From Candidatus Komeilibacteria bacterium (GTDB lineage: Bacteria > Patescibacteriota > Patescibacteriia > UBA1558), in the NCBI GenBank assembly GCA_048538235.1, contig JBLYPX010000001.1, positions 456,013 to 520,012 on the forward strand: 64,000 nucleotides of DNA, given 5' to 3'. Positions within the stretch are counted from its first letter, which is position 1, and every line of letters begins with the position of its first letter. Below, in pieces: positions 7,698 to 18,534 of the stretch. Under the pieces are notes generated by a model. It was not told the origin of the DNA. It worked only from the letters and a program-made list of their open reading frames with translations, and ran no database searches. The position numbers and the translations under genes are program-made.

Positions 7698-10651
7698 TAA
7701 GGCGTGTAATTAATATTAATATCTGTTAAAACTGGCGTATCATTACCAGAGCCATACAAATGAATTAAGTACTTAATATATCTATCTCCATTATGACCAT
7801 TAATAGCTGGAATAATATTTTCTGTTCCAGCATCATAATATGTGCCATTACCACCACTACCAGACCAAACAGCCGATGTTAATCCTTCCAGTGTATCTGC
7901 TGTTTTTATTTGTAAACGAATATTTTCTTCAGCCGAAGGTAATATTTCTGACCATGTTATAAAATTAAAACCAGAAGCAGTGCCTGTATCATAGGTAGAA
8001 GATTCTAATGTCCCATACACCTCATAATTAGACTGTCCAGATCCGCCAGCAATCATAAAGGTCATATCAAAAACCTCAACACCCTTACTACTACCACCCA
8101 AACCTACATAAATATAGCTTCCTCTAGTGGTTATATCCCAACCATTATCTGAGATATCAAAATCACCTAAAGCGCTTGGATCTGAAGGATCTTCTGCAAT
8201 ATCATAAACCAAAACTTTACGACTAGCACCACCTGTTATTAGAAATAAATAACCTTCTCTAGATGTTATACCAATTGGCTCTTCAATAGCTGAAGCTATA
8301 TCTGTTGAACTTGGGTTAGCAGGATCTACAGATACGTCAAAGGTTTGCATAGCTTGGACATCATCATCTAAACTCACATAGGCATAATCACCATAAATAG
8401 TAATATCTGTAGCATTAGCTACTGTTGAAAAACTTCCCAAAGATGTTGGAACAGTTGGATCTGAAGTAAGACTATACACTTCTACTGTATTATCTACTAA
8501 AGATACATATAAAATATCCCCATCAATCCAGAGACCGCTTGGTATATTATCTAAATTAACATTTGCAACAAATTGAGCATCGACTGGTGTTGAAGTGTAT
8601 TCATATATTTCTAAACCTGGCTCAGCGCTATCTGTCATTACATATATATAATTACCATAAGTAAATACATCCTCAGATTTACCTGTGGTTGTAATTAAAC
8701 CTAAAGATGGTGGATTTGTCGGACTAACAGACAAATCTAAAACTTCAACTCTTTTTTTATCAAGTAATGCTAAATAAATATAGTCACCATTTATGTGCAT
8801 ACCTGCAACTTTTTTATCTGCTACAAAAACACCTTCTGGAACAGGTGAAATCCAGACAATAACAGATTCAGATGTTAAAGGAGAATTTAAATAATGTTCA
8901 TTTACTTGGGTATCACTTAAAGCAATATTCTCAATAGAAACTTCATCAATCATTCCTTCAAAACGATGATCACTGTGTAAATTATTATCTATAGAACCAA
9001 TCATTACATCACTATTATCACCGGCTTGGAAAATTCCCGAGCTATATGATGTTGAACCCTCTGGTTCACCATTAATATATACTCTCATTTCTGAGCCATC
9101 ATAAACACCAACTACGTGACTCCATTCTTCTTCTTCAATTTTACTACTACTTGTCACAACGTGTTCATGACCGTTTCCATCTTGTCCATCACTACTAATT
9201 GCAAATTCTAATTTATCTGTTGAAGCTATAGTCAATCTATATGATCTGTAATCTCCATCTGTCCATGACCACTTATTTATAATCTCTCTATCATTATTAC
9301 CAATTTCCTCTGGATAAACCCAAGCTTCTAAAGTTATAGCTGAAGCTATATCTAAACTACTTGAAGCTGGTATTACAACAGCGTCACCATTACTACCAGC
9401 GCCATCAAATTCTAATGCATCAGAAAATATACCACTACTATAGACTGGCCCATCATCGTCATCTGGAAGTTTATAGCCATAATTACCATAAGGACCGTCA
9501 TCATACACTACCTCTCTAGACAAACTTACTTCATCTACAGCAAAATACTGACCCCAATCCATAGCCAATCCACTTAGTGTTAAATCTACACTAGTAGCAC
9601 CACTTCGTGTTGTAAAACTAATATTATATTGTGTCCATTCTTCTGTTATTGAAACATAGTTTGTACTAAACCAATAGCTCCAAGACCCATCTGGTCTTAA
9701 ATAATAATTGTCTTCATCTTGCATAATAAAACTAAAATATGACACATCTCCTTTTACATAAAAAGATAACTGATAAGTTGTATCCCCTACAACCGGGATA
9801 GATGTTTGTTCAATTCCGCCAAGTCCAAGCCACCAATCAAAACTAATTTCAGCAGCCTGTCCTTCACTTCCAGACACGCTACTTGTTCCTGAGCCATAAT
9901 TTATCTCATTCCAATTAGCCCAATTTACGTCTGGGTTTTCTCCAGAATATTCATCAAAACTACTATTATCTACAACGCTTGTATCTATATATCTTGGACC
10001 ATCCATGTGCATTATTAATGCATAAGGACTTGGTATAGCACCAACTGTACTTAACTTAACTTCACCTGGGGTAGAGGTATCTATTGATTCATCTGCTATC
10101 CAATAACTATTTTCGTCTGACCACTCAGCTTGACCGTCTCCACTTGACCAATTTGTTTGTGACCAATCTAAACTTTGCCAATTTGTTAAATAAGTACTAA
10201 GAATAATATCATTATTAGAACCAGGAGATAATTCCCAAGACACTGTTATAGTTATCAACTTCGTATGATTATCTATATTTCCACCCTCAGAAACAATAAT
10301 ATTATCTTGATCTCTATACACTTCTGTAATATTTATCTGTCTAGTATAATCTCCAATAATATCTTCTGTACCACTGAACTCCCAATAACCATTTGTTTTA
10401 TCCAAACCAAAATCTCCAAAGGTAAGTTCTGACCACCCTCTTTGCCTTATTGACTTAACAGCCTCCATAGCTTCAGTTGCATAACCTTGAGCTATTATTC
10501 TTTCTCCGCTTTGCTTTTCAGATAAATAGCCAAGACCAGCTGTTGATGAAACAGTAGCTGCTAATAATGAAAAAATACCAAGAGCTACAATAGCCTCAAT
10601 TAGTGAGAATCCCTTATTGTTTATTTTCTTCTTCATTCTATCTATATTCAA
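7697..10651 (-). CDS. Giant minor pilin/adhesin: PilV-like N-terminus, CBM-like domain, LamG domain, LVIVD-like beta-propeller repeats
   Basis: KG|FSLIEAIV; TYQLSFYVKG (CBM4/9-like); ITLEAWV...WSHVVGVYDG...F.G.IDEV (LamG); repeated GDYAYV...DVS.DP.NP. Confidence 0.8.
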   Translation of the reverse strand: MNIDRMKKKINNKGFSLIEAIVALGIFSLLAATVSSTAGLGYLSEKQSGERIIAQGYATEAMEAVKSIRQRGWSELTFGDFGLDKTNGYWEFSGTEDIIGDYTRQINITEVYRDQDNIIVSEGGNIDNHTKLITITVSWELSPGSNNDIILSTYLTNWQSLDWSQTNWSSGDGQAEWSDENSYWIADESIDTSTPGEVKLSTVGAIPSPYALIMHMDGPRYIDTSVVDNSSFDEYSGENPDVNWANWNEINYGSGTSSVSGSEGQAAEISFDWWLGLGGIEQTSIPVVGDTTYQLSFYVKGDVSYFSFIMQDEDNYYLRPDGSWSYWFSTNYVSITEEWTQYNISFTTRSGATSVDLTLSGLAMDWGQYFAVDEVSLSREVVYDDGPYGNYGYKLPDDDDGPVYSSGIFSDALEFDGAGSNGDAVVIPASSSLDIASAITLEAWVYPEEIGNNDREIINKWSWTDGDYRSYRLTIASTDKLEFAISSDGQDGNGHEHVVTSSSKIEEEEWSHVVGVYDGSEMRVYINGEPEGSTSYSSGIFQAGDNSDVMIGSIDNNLHSDHRFEGMIDEVSIENIALSDTQVNEHYLNSPLTSESVIVWISPVPEGVFVADKKVAGMHINGDYIYLALLDKKRVEVLDLSVSPTNPPSLGLITTTGKSEDVFTYGNYIYVMTDSAEPGLEIYEYTSTPVDAQFVANVNLDNIPSGLWIDGDILYVSLVDNTVEVYSLTSDPTVPTSLGSFSTVANATDITIYGDYAYVSLDDDVQAMQTFDVSVDPANPSSTDIASAIEEPIGITSREGYLFLITGGASRKVLVYDIAEDPSDPSALGDFDISDNGWDITTRGSYIYVGLGGSSKGVEVFDMTFMIAGGSGQSNYEVYGTLESSTYDTGTASGFNFITWSEILPSAEENIRLQIKTADTLEGLTSAVWSGSGGNGTYYDAGTENIIPAINGHNGDRYIKYLIHLYGSGNDTPVLTDININYTP

Positions 10652-11090
10652 TAACTCCTAATGTATTAATTGTAATAATAGCCTGCTCATTACCAGTTGT
10701 GCTTAATGTGATAGTACCCGCAGTGCTTGGCGTGCCAGTTATTTTTGTAAATAATATTTCATCTGAAAAATCATTAACAAGTTGTATAGCGCTAGAATAT
10801 GTATAATCCTCATCTTCATTTGCATCTCTAGTATTATAATCATTACCTGAAAATATTGTATAAACATCTTCTGTAAAATATACCCCCCAATTTGAATTAT
10901 TATATCCAACTATAGCTTTAGACTGTGCTCTTCGTAAATTCTGACTTATTTCAGCTGCCACAGTATCTATTTGTGCCCCTGTTTGAAATTGATACAAAGA
11001 TGGTACTGACATACTAGCTATTACTAAAAAAATAGCTACTACCAATAGTACCTGAACTAAATTGAATCCTCCTTGTTTATTATTAAACAT
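10638..11090 (-). CDS. Minor pilin, FimT/GspH-like
   Basis: GG|FNLVQVLLVVAI (Gln at +5); LRRAQSKA; FTKITG. Confidence 0.75.
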   Translation of the reverse strand: MFNNKQGGFNLVQVLLVVAIFLVIASMSVPSLYQFQTGAQIDTVAAEISQNLRRAQSKAIVGYNNSNWGVYFTEDVYTIFSGNDYNTRDANEDEDYTYSSAIQLVNDFSDEILFTKITGTPSTAGTITLSTTGNEQAIITINTLGVIEYR

Positions 11091-12298
11091 TATTTTCTTA
11101 AACCACCAGATATTTGATAAACCGGTTGAATAATAGCAATAGCTACAAAACCAACCATCAAGCCCATAAATATTAACAACATAGGCTCTAAAACATTAGA
11201 TAAGTTCTTGGTAATATTATCTACCTCTTTACCATAAAAATCTCCAAGATATATTAATGAATTTTCTAGTTCGCCTGTTTTTTCACCAACCTGTAAAAGT
11301 CTAGTAGACATTTTAGGAAATAACTTATCTGACTTAGCAGATAATGCCTCAGACAAAGACAAGCCTCTAGTTACTTCATCAGATATCCTTAAAACTTCTG
11401 CTCTATAAACTCTGTTATTTAAAATACCTGATGTAATATTTAAAGCCTCTGTTACCTGCACACCACTTTTTAATAATGTTCCCAAAGTTCTGTTAAAATT
11501 TGCTAAATTTAATTGCTGAGATATATGTCCAAAAACAGGCGTCATTAATATTAACTTGTGTGAATACTTTTTAACATATTCTTGACGAAGTAAATATGTC
11601 ATTATTACAACAGTAGAGACCATTATTAATAACATTAAAAGTCCATGATTTTGAGCTGCATTAGCTATGCCAATTAATAATTTAGTAGAAGCTGGTAATT
11701 CAACAGTTAATGTTTCAAATAGCTTCATCATCTTTGGTAGAATAAAATACACTAAAACAAAAGCAAGTCCCAAAGTCATAACTAAAACAATAGATGGATA
11801 AATAGAAGCGGCCTTTATTTTCTTCTTCATAGCATAGCTCTTCTCCAATTCCTGAGCTAAATAATCTAAGGTCTCAGCTAAAGTTCCACTTGTTTCTCCA
11901 ATCTTAACCATATTAATAAAAAGTTCAGAAAAAACTTTCTTGTGCTTTGCCAGTGATGAAGATAGTGTATGACCAGATAAAACACTACTATGAACATCTT
12001 TTAATATCTTTTTAAGCTTAGGGTTATTAGACTGATCAACTAAAATATCTAATGCTTCTGCCATAGAAACTCCAGACTTAATCATAATGGCTAAATGTCT
12101 GGCCACTAATACCTTATCTATAAACTTAACACCACCAATAGCTATTTCTTTAGCTTGTCTCTTTTGCTTTTTATCTACTCTAACAATTAAAAAATCCTGC
12201 TTCTTCAATTCAATTAAAGCATTGGCTTTATCTGGTGCTTCTATCTCACCTTTTTTTACCTTACCCTCTTTATTTGTTACAACGTATGTAAATAGCAT
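11090..12298 (-). CDS. pilC: Type IV pilus platform protein PilC (GspF family)
   Basis: Two GspF repeats: MIKSGV...GETSGTL and LLKSGV...GEKTGEL...LEP. Confidence 0.95.
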   Translation of the reverse strand: MLFTYVVTNKEGKVKKGEIEAPDKANALIELKKQDFLIVRVDKKQKRQAKEIAIGGVKFIDKVLVARHLAIMIKSGVSMAEALDILVDQSNNPKLKKILKDVHSSVLSGHTLSSSLAKHKKVFSELFINMVKIGETSGTLAETLDYLAQELEKSYAMKKKIKAASIYPSIVLVMTLGLAFVLVYFILPKMMKLFETLTVELPASTKLLIGIANAAQNHGLLMLLIMVSTVVIMTYLLRQEYVKKYSHKLILMTPVFGHISQQLNLANFNRTLGTLLKSGVQVTEALNITSGILNNRVYRAEVLRISDEVTRGLSLSEALSAKSDKLFPKMSTRLLQVGEKTGELENSLIYLGDFYGKEVDNITKNLSNVLEPMLLIFMGLMVGFVAIAIIQPVYQISGGLRK

Positions 12299-12299
12299 A

Positions 12300-13973
12300 T
12301 TATTCTTTAGACACTCTTAGTACTTCTTCTATAGTTGTTAAACCTTTAGCTACTTTTAATAGCCCATCCTCAAGCATTGTTGTCATACCTTCTTTAATAG
12401 CTTGTGCCTTTATTTCATCAGCATTGGCTTTATCCATAATTAACTCTCTTAAAGTTTGTGACATTTCTATTATTTCATAAAGTCCCATTCTTCCTTTATA
12501 TCCAGACTTGTGACAAACTTCGCAGCCTTTAGATTTATATAACCTATATTCATTTTTACTACCCAATGTTTTTTCAACAATTTTAGCATCAAAAGATTTT
12601 ACAAGTTCAGATTTCTTTATAGTATAACTAGCTAAACATTTAACACAGTTCTTTCTAACTAATCTTTGTGCCATAGCAATATTAATAGTTGAAGAAACCA
12701 AGAATGGTTCAATACCCATATCTATAAATCTTGGGATAGTAGTAGCGGCATCATTAGTGTGAAGTGTAGATAAAACTAAGTGACCAGTCATTGCAGAGTT
12801 AACAGCAATATTTGCTGTTTCAGCATCTCTAATTTCACCTACCATAATAATATCTGGATCTTGTCTTAATAATGATCTTAAACCATTAGCAAATGTTAAG
12901 TTTGTTTTATTATTAACCTGTATCTGATTAACTCCTTCCATATCATACTCAACTGGATCCTCAATAGTTGAAATATTAATATCTCTACTATTTAAAATCT
13001 GTAACACTGCATACAAAGTTGTTGTTTTACCAGAACCAGTTGGACCAGTTGCTAATATCATACCGTGTGGTCTCTTCATTGCATTTTGAACCTTTTTCAA
13101 ATCCCCTTCTGAAAAGCCTAAATCTTCTAATCTATACTGTTTATTCTTAGCAGATAATAATCTCATTACTACTTTTTCACCTTCTGTTATTGGTACGGTT
13201 GAAACACGAACATCCACCCTACCGTCTTCTGTCATAAACTGCAGCTTACCATCTTGAGCAGCTCTATGTTCATCTATTCTTAACTGAGACAATATTTTTA
13301 TTCTAGTAATTAATAGATCGTGTACTCTTTTTGGCAAGTCAATTACATCATGCAAAATTCCATCTATTCTATACCTTAAAAGACTTTTACCTTCATATGG
13401 CTCAATGTGTACATCTGAAGCTCCATTCTGGTAAGCATATAGTAATATTGTATCTACTATTCTAACCACTGGTAAATCTTCCGCCTTAACAGATTGTTTT
13501 GCTTCTTGAACATTTTGCTTAATAATGTCATCAAACTCTTCAGTAATAGACTTTCTATATCTTCCTAAGGCTGTTTTAATATCTCCAGCTGTTGCAAAAT
13601 AGTGCTGTACAAACTTACCACTTTTCTTTTCCAGTAAATGAATAAACTCTAAATTGTCTGGATCATTCATAGCTACCTTAATAGTATTACCCTCAATATC
13701 AAAAGGAATAGCTTGTTGGTTTTTAGCAACAAGTTCTGGTATTGTTTTCAAGACTTCATCTTTAATAACAGTATTTTTTAAGTTAATATATCTCCAACCA
13801 AAACTATCTGCTATTAATTCACCTAAATATTCATCAGATAAAACACCTTCATTAACCAGTTGATCTGTTAAAGAAACATTTTTTTCCTTAGCAGTTTTTT
13901 CCATTTCCAAAAGCTTAGCCTCTGTTACTAAGCCCGTATCTATTATTATTTTTTTTATCTTTTCATTATCCAT
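12300..13973 (-). CDS. pilB: Type IV pilus assembly ATPase PilB (GspE family)
   Basis: ASDVHIEP, GPTGSGKTTTLY, LRQDPDIIMVGEIRD, TGHLVLSTLH, CxxC...GCxxC. Confidence 0.96.
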   Translation of the reverse strand: MDNEKIKKIIIDTGLVTEAKLLEMEKTAKEKNVSLTDQLVNEGVLSDEYLGELIADSFGWRYINLKNTVIKDEVLKTIPELVAKNQQAIPFDIEGNTIKVAMNDPDNLEFIHLLEKKSGKFVQHYFATAGDIKTALGRYRKSITEEFDDIIKQNVQEAKQSVKAEDLPVVRIVDTILLYAYQNGASDVHIEPYEGKSLLRYRIDGILHDVIDLPKRVHDLLITRIKILSQLRIDEHRAAQDGKLQFMTEDGRVDVRVSTVPITEGEKVVMRLLSAKNKQYRLEDLGFSEGDLKKVQNAMKRPHGMILATGPTGSGKTTTLYAVLQILNSRDINISTIEDPVEYDMEGVNQIQVNNKTNLTFANGLRSLLRQDPDIIMVGEIRDAETANIAVNSAMTGHLVLSTLHTNDAATTIPRFIDMGIEPFLVSSTINIAMAQRLVRKNCVKCLASYTIKKSELVKSFDAKIVEKTLGSKNEYRLYKSKGCEVCHKSGYKGRMGLYEIIEMSQTLRELIMDKANADEIKAQAIKEGMTTMLEDGLLKVAKGLTTIEEVLRVSKE

Positions 13974-14343
13974 GGATATTCTCTTTAATTTTTTTTACAA
14001 CCTCATGAATAGAGATATCGCTCTTCACAAAATAATCTATCACCCCTAATTCTTTACCCTTAGCAATATCTGCATCTTGACCCAAATTTGAAAGAATGAT
14101 GACTGGTATTTTTTTCGTAGACTTTTCTTTACGTATCTCCTCTAAAATCTCAAAGCCATTCATACCGGGTAAAACCATATCTAATAATATTAAACTCGGT
14201 TTTTCTTTTTTAATTAAATCTAAAGCCTCCTTACCATCCGAACAGACAGTAGCATCAATCTTTTCTTTAGCAAGTTTTATCTTATATATCTTTGCTAAGA
14301 AATGATCATCTTCTACAACTAATACTTTTTTCTTTGTTGGCAT
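13966..14343 (-). CDS. Single-domain response regulator
   Basis: VLVVEDD, LILLDMVLP, PVIILSN, DYFVK. Confidence 0.93.
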   Translation of the reverse strand: MPTKKKVLVVEDDHFLAKIYKIKLAKEKIDATVCSDGKEALDLIKKEKPSLILLDMVLPGMNGFEILEEIRKEKSTKKIPVIILSNLGQDADIAKGKELGVIDYFVKSDISIHEVVKKIKENIHG

Positions 14344-14357
14344 ATATTTATTAATAA

Positions 14358-15956
14358 TTATTTTGTAATATTGGCAAGACTTCTACTACCTTCTTTAGCT
14401 CTACTACCAGATAATGGAATGGAAAAATAGAAAGTTGAACCTTTTTTTTCTTCAGACTTAAACCAAATTTTACCGCCAGACAATTCCATAACCATTTTAG
14501 ATATATATAATCCCAAGCCAGTGCCTTCTGTTTCCATTCTGGTTACATTCTCTGCCCTAAAGAACTTTTCAAATATTCTTGGCTGTTCTTCTTTAGGGAT
14601 GCCATAACCACTATCTTTAACAGCAAATTGAACATTATCTCCAATAACCTCTAAACTTATTTTAACCTCACTATTATTAGGTGAATATTTAATAGCATTA
14701 GATATTAAATTCTGTAATATCTGTCCCATTAGAGCCTTATCTAACTTAATCTCTGGGACTTCATTAATACCAGTCTTATCTAGTTTAATCTTCTTTTCCT
14801 TAGCTAATACAGAACCTTCTTTTAATGCTGTTTTTAATAACTTATTTAAACTACAAAGCGTAGGTTCAACCTTAATCTTAGCGCTTTCAAGTCTAGAAAC
14901 ATTAAGTAAATCATTTACTAAATAGATCATTCTGGAGTTAGACTCTAAGGCATCTTGTATAGCTTCTTGCTGTTCAGTGTTTAATTTACCCAAATCTCCT
15001 CCCAAAAGCATTTCTAGTAGCCATCTCACTGCAGACAATGGAGTTCTTAATTGATGAGAAGCAACCGATACAAATTCTGACTTCATTTTATCTATTTCAA
15101 CATTACGAGTTATATCTCTAATAACTATAATTGCTCCTACAATCTCCTGATTACTATTTCTGTATTTACTTAAATTTATTTCTAAATACTGTTCTGTATT
15201 CTTATCTGCTAAAGCCCTGTCAAAAACTTCTAAACTTTTATTACTATCTAAAAATTTATCTATTGCCAACTTTATCTCACCCCCATCATCTGCATACAGT
15301 TTAACAGCCTTACAAACATATTCACCAATAACCTTATCTGTAATATTTAATAATTTTTTTGCTCTTTCATTAATAAGTAAAATATCTGCTTTTTTATCTA
15401 CCACAATTACTCCATCAGCAATGCTTGTAATAATAGCTTCTATCTTTGCCCTTTGTTCTTCAGCTTCTATCTTTTCTGCCTCTGCATCTTCTAATATATT
15501 AAGCATAGCTGTTTTAGAATCCTGCAATTCACTATTAGATTTCAATAATGCTTCTGTTCTATTCTTTACGTCCATTTCCAGTCCAGCTCTTGCTTTAGTA
15601 ACCTCTGCAGTCATTCTATTAAAGCCGTCTGCCAGTTCTGCCAATTCATCATTTGTATTAACATCAACAGCTACATTCTTATCTCCCTTTAACATCTTAT
15701 CTACTGCTGCCTGCAACTTTCTAATTGGCTTTGTTATTTCCTTAGGGATAATAATGGACAAAGTAAGGATAAGGATAAAACTGGCAAGCAATGGAATTAT
15801 TAATGTTTTTTGTATTAACTCTAGAAGTTCAGACCACGAACTAACTGGAGCTAGATAAAATATTACAGCAACACTTAAAAAAATTAATGGCACTAAAGAA
15901 CCAATTATATACCATACCAGTAACCTATTCTGTATTTTACTGTGCCTCCTTTTCAT
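14358..15956 (-). CDS. HAMP-PAS sensor histidine kinase
   Basis: Two TMs, HAMP (DELAELADGFNRM), PAS, H-box VASHQLRTPL, NLISNAIKYS, DSGYGI, GTGLGL. Confidence 0.95.
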   Translation of the reverse strand: MKRRHSKIQNRLLVWYIIGSLVPLIFLSVAVIFYLAPVSSWSELLELIQKTLIIPLLASFILILTLSIIIPKEITKPIRKLQAAVDKMLKGDKNVAVDVNTNDELAELADGFNRMTAEVTKARAGLEMDVKNRTEALLKSNSELQDSKTAMLNILEDAEAEKIEAEEQRAKIEAIITSIADGVIVVDKKADILLINERAKKLLNITDKVIGEYVCKAVKLYADDGGEIKLAIDKFLDSNKSLEVFDRALADKNTEQYLEINLSKYRNSNQEIVGAIIVIRDITRNVEIDKMKSEFVSVASHQLRTPLSAVRWLLEMLLGGDLGKLNTEQQEAIQDALESNSRMIYLVNDLLNVSRLESAKIKVEPTLCSLNKLLKTALKEGSVLAKEKKIKLDKTGINEVPEIKLDKALMGQILQNLISNAIKYSPNNSEVKISLEVIGDNVQFAVKDSGYGIPKEEQPRIFEKFFRAENVTRMETEGTGLGLYISKMVMELSGGKIWFKSEEKKGSTFYFSIPLSGSRAKEGSRSLANITK

Positions 15957-15958
15957 TA

Positions 15959-16825
15959 TTAGCTAATTTTATCCTTTAACCTCTCTTGCAATTCATTAAT
16001 CTTATAATCTTTATCTATGAGCAAATTCATAGCTGATTCTAATTCTTCATTAACCTTCTTTAATTCTTGTTCTTTATTATCTAAAGACAATTCTGTTTTT
16101 TCTAACTCGTGTTTAATATCTTTCATTTTAGCTTCATCACCAGATTCTGCTAAAGCATCTTTTAATTTTCTTTCTTGCCAATAGTACAGGAAAATAAAGA
16201 CTAAAATTAGTAAAATATTAGCAATACTGGCTATAAATACATAATATAGTTTATTCTGCGAAACAGAAGCCACATCATAAATTAATTGCTCTGGGGTGGT
16301 TAACAAAATCATGAATGTTTCTGAGCCAACTGTTAAAGGTAGCCAAGAAGCTTGCTCAACTCCCCTTCTTTGAGCATCCCAAATCCACCAACCCTGACCT
16401 TCACTATTTTTTGTAATTTCATCAACTAGTTGGTAATAATGTTCTGCTCCATAAGTTTCAGCCTGTATTTCAATAAATTCTTTAATGTCTTGACTTGGAT
16501 ATTTTTCTGTAAATGTTTTATAGCTGTCAAAAATAGGAACACCGTCTTTAAAAACAAATATATCCCCATAAGTAACTGGAGATATTGGGCTTGAAAATTG
16601 ACTATAATAATCCTGTCCTAAATTAGCTAAATCTAAATTAGGATTTGCTAATATTTGTTTATCAAACCAATTATCTAGTGAGCTTTGCGAAACTCTTAAT
16701 ATATCTCTTTGTAAATCTTGAAAAAAGTAAACTGTTGATTCATGATTACTTCTGTCCACTGTATATACTCCCCACCACAAAAGAGATGAGAAAATTATTG
16801 TAAACAAAATTATTAATCGTCTCAT
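15959..16825 (-). CDS. Membrane protein with extracellular sensor-like domain and C-terminal coiled coil, no kinase domain
   Basis: Two TMs flanking about 170 aa (EGQGWWIW, Cache-like by inference); coiled-coil tail. Confidence 0.65.
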   Translation of the reverse strand: MRRLIILFTIIFSSLLWWGVYTVDRSNHESTVYFFQDLQRDILRVSQSSLDNWFDKQILANPNLDLANLGQDYYSQFSSPISPVTYGDIFVFKDGVPIFDSYKTFTEKYPSQDIKEFIEIQAETYGAEHYYQLVDEITKNSEGQGWWIWDAQRRGVEQASWLPLTVGSETFMILLTTPEQLIYDVASVSQNKLYYVFIASIANILLILVFIFLYYWQERKLKDALAESGDEAKMKDIKHELEKTELSLDNKEQELKKVNEELESAMNLLIDKDYKINELQERLKDKIS

Positions 16826-16836
16826 ATTATTATATT

Positions 16837-17484
16837 TTAATTATTTTTTAATTTCTTAATCTGCTTCTTTAGTTCAACCATTTCTAACTCTCTACCAACC
16901 ATTAACTTATTAAACCTATTTAATTCACTAACCTTTTCCTCTAATTCAGCAGTCTTCTGCTTTAATTCTGACTCAGATTTTTTAACCTTTTGATAAAGCT
17001 TCTTTGTCTCAGCCATATTTCTTAATAATAGCCTTTCTTTTTCCTTTAGAAGGTCTGTAGCCTTCTTAACAGCTAAACTCTTCTGTTTAGCTTCCAACCT
17101 GGCTTTACCAAGTTCATTGTTTATAGCTGACTGATGTGAAACATTTTCAATATTTACCAAAAAATAAATTTTCTTATCATTAAATAACTTTTGAGCCTTA
17201 ATATTAATCCTAGCTATTATTTCTTCTTTGCCTTTATTCCTTAAATTTGTCTTAAAAGTTTTATCTAAAACAGGGCTTATTTCTTTAGCAATGACATCTA
17301 AATCTGAATCCTTAGCAAAGAGAAAACGCCACCTACCTCTAGTTATAACCTCATCATATAAATAACCTAACTCTTTAACACAACCCAAACTCCAAAGAAG
17401 AATATTTCCATTCTGATCAATTAACAATAATGGTTCTGGTACATATTTCCAAACCTCTTGAATTATTTTAAAGTTTTCGTTCAT
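16837..17484 (-). CDS. PAS-domain plus coiled-coil protein
   Basis: EPLLLIDQNGNILLWS...LGY..DEV is PAS-like; tail ELNRFNKLMVGRELEMVELKK. Confidence 0.75.
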   Translation of the reverse strand: MNENFKIIQEVWKYVPEPLLLIDQNGNILLWSLGCVKELGYLYDEVITRGRWRFLFAKDSDLDVIAKEISPVLDKTFKTNLRNKGKEEIIARINIKAQKLFNDKKIYFLVNIENVSHQSAINNELGKARLEAKQKSLAVKKATDLLKEKERLLLRNMAETKKLYQKVKKSESELKQKTAELEEKVSELNRFNKLMVGRELEMVELKKQIKKLKNN

Positions 17485-17702
17485 AATAAAAAATTACTAT
17501 CTACGGATAGTAATTAAAAAATCTATTAATTCCTGGAATTCAGAGTGAATGTATACAAAAACTGCCACGATTTTAACAATTATTTTATTTTTATTTCTCA
17601 GCATGGGGTGATTTTGCAAAATTACCTTTTGATGAGTAAATTATAACATAAAATGGATAAAATAAAAAGAGCAGATTATTATCTGCAACTTTTGTAAAAT
17701 AT

Positions 17703-18470
17703 CTATTTATTTAATTCGTAGAGCAATATAGATGCTGCTGATGCAACGTTCAAAGATTCAATCTCTTTGCTAATATTAATCTTAATTGTTTCTTTAGCCA
17801 GTTTCATAATCTCTTTATCTACACCATGTGTTTCACTACCCATTACTAAACAGAACGGTTTGTCTGCTTTAAATTTATCTAATAATTTACCGTCATGTGA
17901 ACTGGTTGTATATATTGGCAGAGTTGTTTGTTTAAGCCAATCCCCTGTTTTATCTTCAATAATATTTAATTTAAAGAAAGAATCCTTAGCCGCATTAATA
18001 ACTTTAGCATTATATATATCTACACATTTACTATCTACAACAATATTCTTAATATTAAATGCTAAAGCTGATCTAAAGATAGTACCTAGGTTACCCGGAT
18101 CATTAATACCATTTAAATATATAACCGACTCTTTATTTTTTAACTTCATTTCTTGCATAGAGTAAATAGCAGCAATACCGGCTGGAGAGTCTAATTTAGA
18201 AAATGTTCTATTAATCTTATCTGTTATTTCAAAATATGTATTAACACCAGCTTTCTTTGAAATCCTATCTAATATCTGTGTATGCTCTTCTACAAATTTT
18301 TCTGTCATAAACAAGTCCTCAAAAACATATCCTGCTTTTAAAGCATCTTGAATAATGCTTAAGTTCTCAACTACAAACTTATTCATATCCCTGCGATACT
18401 TTTTGAGCTGTAGTTTCTTTAAAACCTTAACTTTAGCATTATCTATACTTGTTATTATTTTTGCTTGCAT
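17703..18470 (-). CDS. TrmH/SpoU-family RNA methyltransferase
   Basis: DPGNLGTIFRSA, MGSETHG, ESLNVASAASI. Confidence 0.93.
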   Translation of the reverse strand: MQAKIITSIDNAKVKVLKKLQLKKYRRDMNKFVVENLSIIQDALKAGYVFEDLFMTEKFVEEHTQILDRISKKAGVNTYFEITDKINRTFSKLDSPAGIAAIYSMQEMKLKNKESVIYLNGINDPGNLGTIFRSALAFNIKNIVVDSKCVDIYNAKVINAAKDSFFKLNIIEDKTGDWLKQTTLPIYTTSSHDGKLLDKFKADKPFCLVMGSETHGVDKEIMKLAKETIKINISKEIESLNVASAASILLYELNK

Positions 18471-18503
18471 AGAAGCATTATAGCAGGTTATATATATAAA
18501 TAA

Positions 18504-18528
18504 ACCCCCTCTTAATAAAAGAGGGGGT
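18504..18528 (-). terminator. Intrinsic terminator of the M23 gene
   Basis: accccctctt-aataa-aagagggggt. Confidence 0.75.
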
Positions 18529-18534
18529 ATTTAT

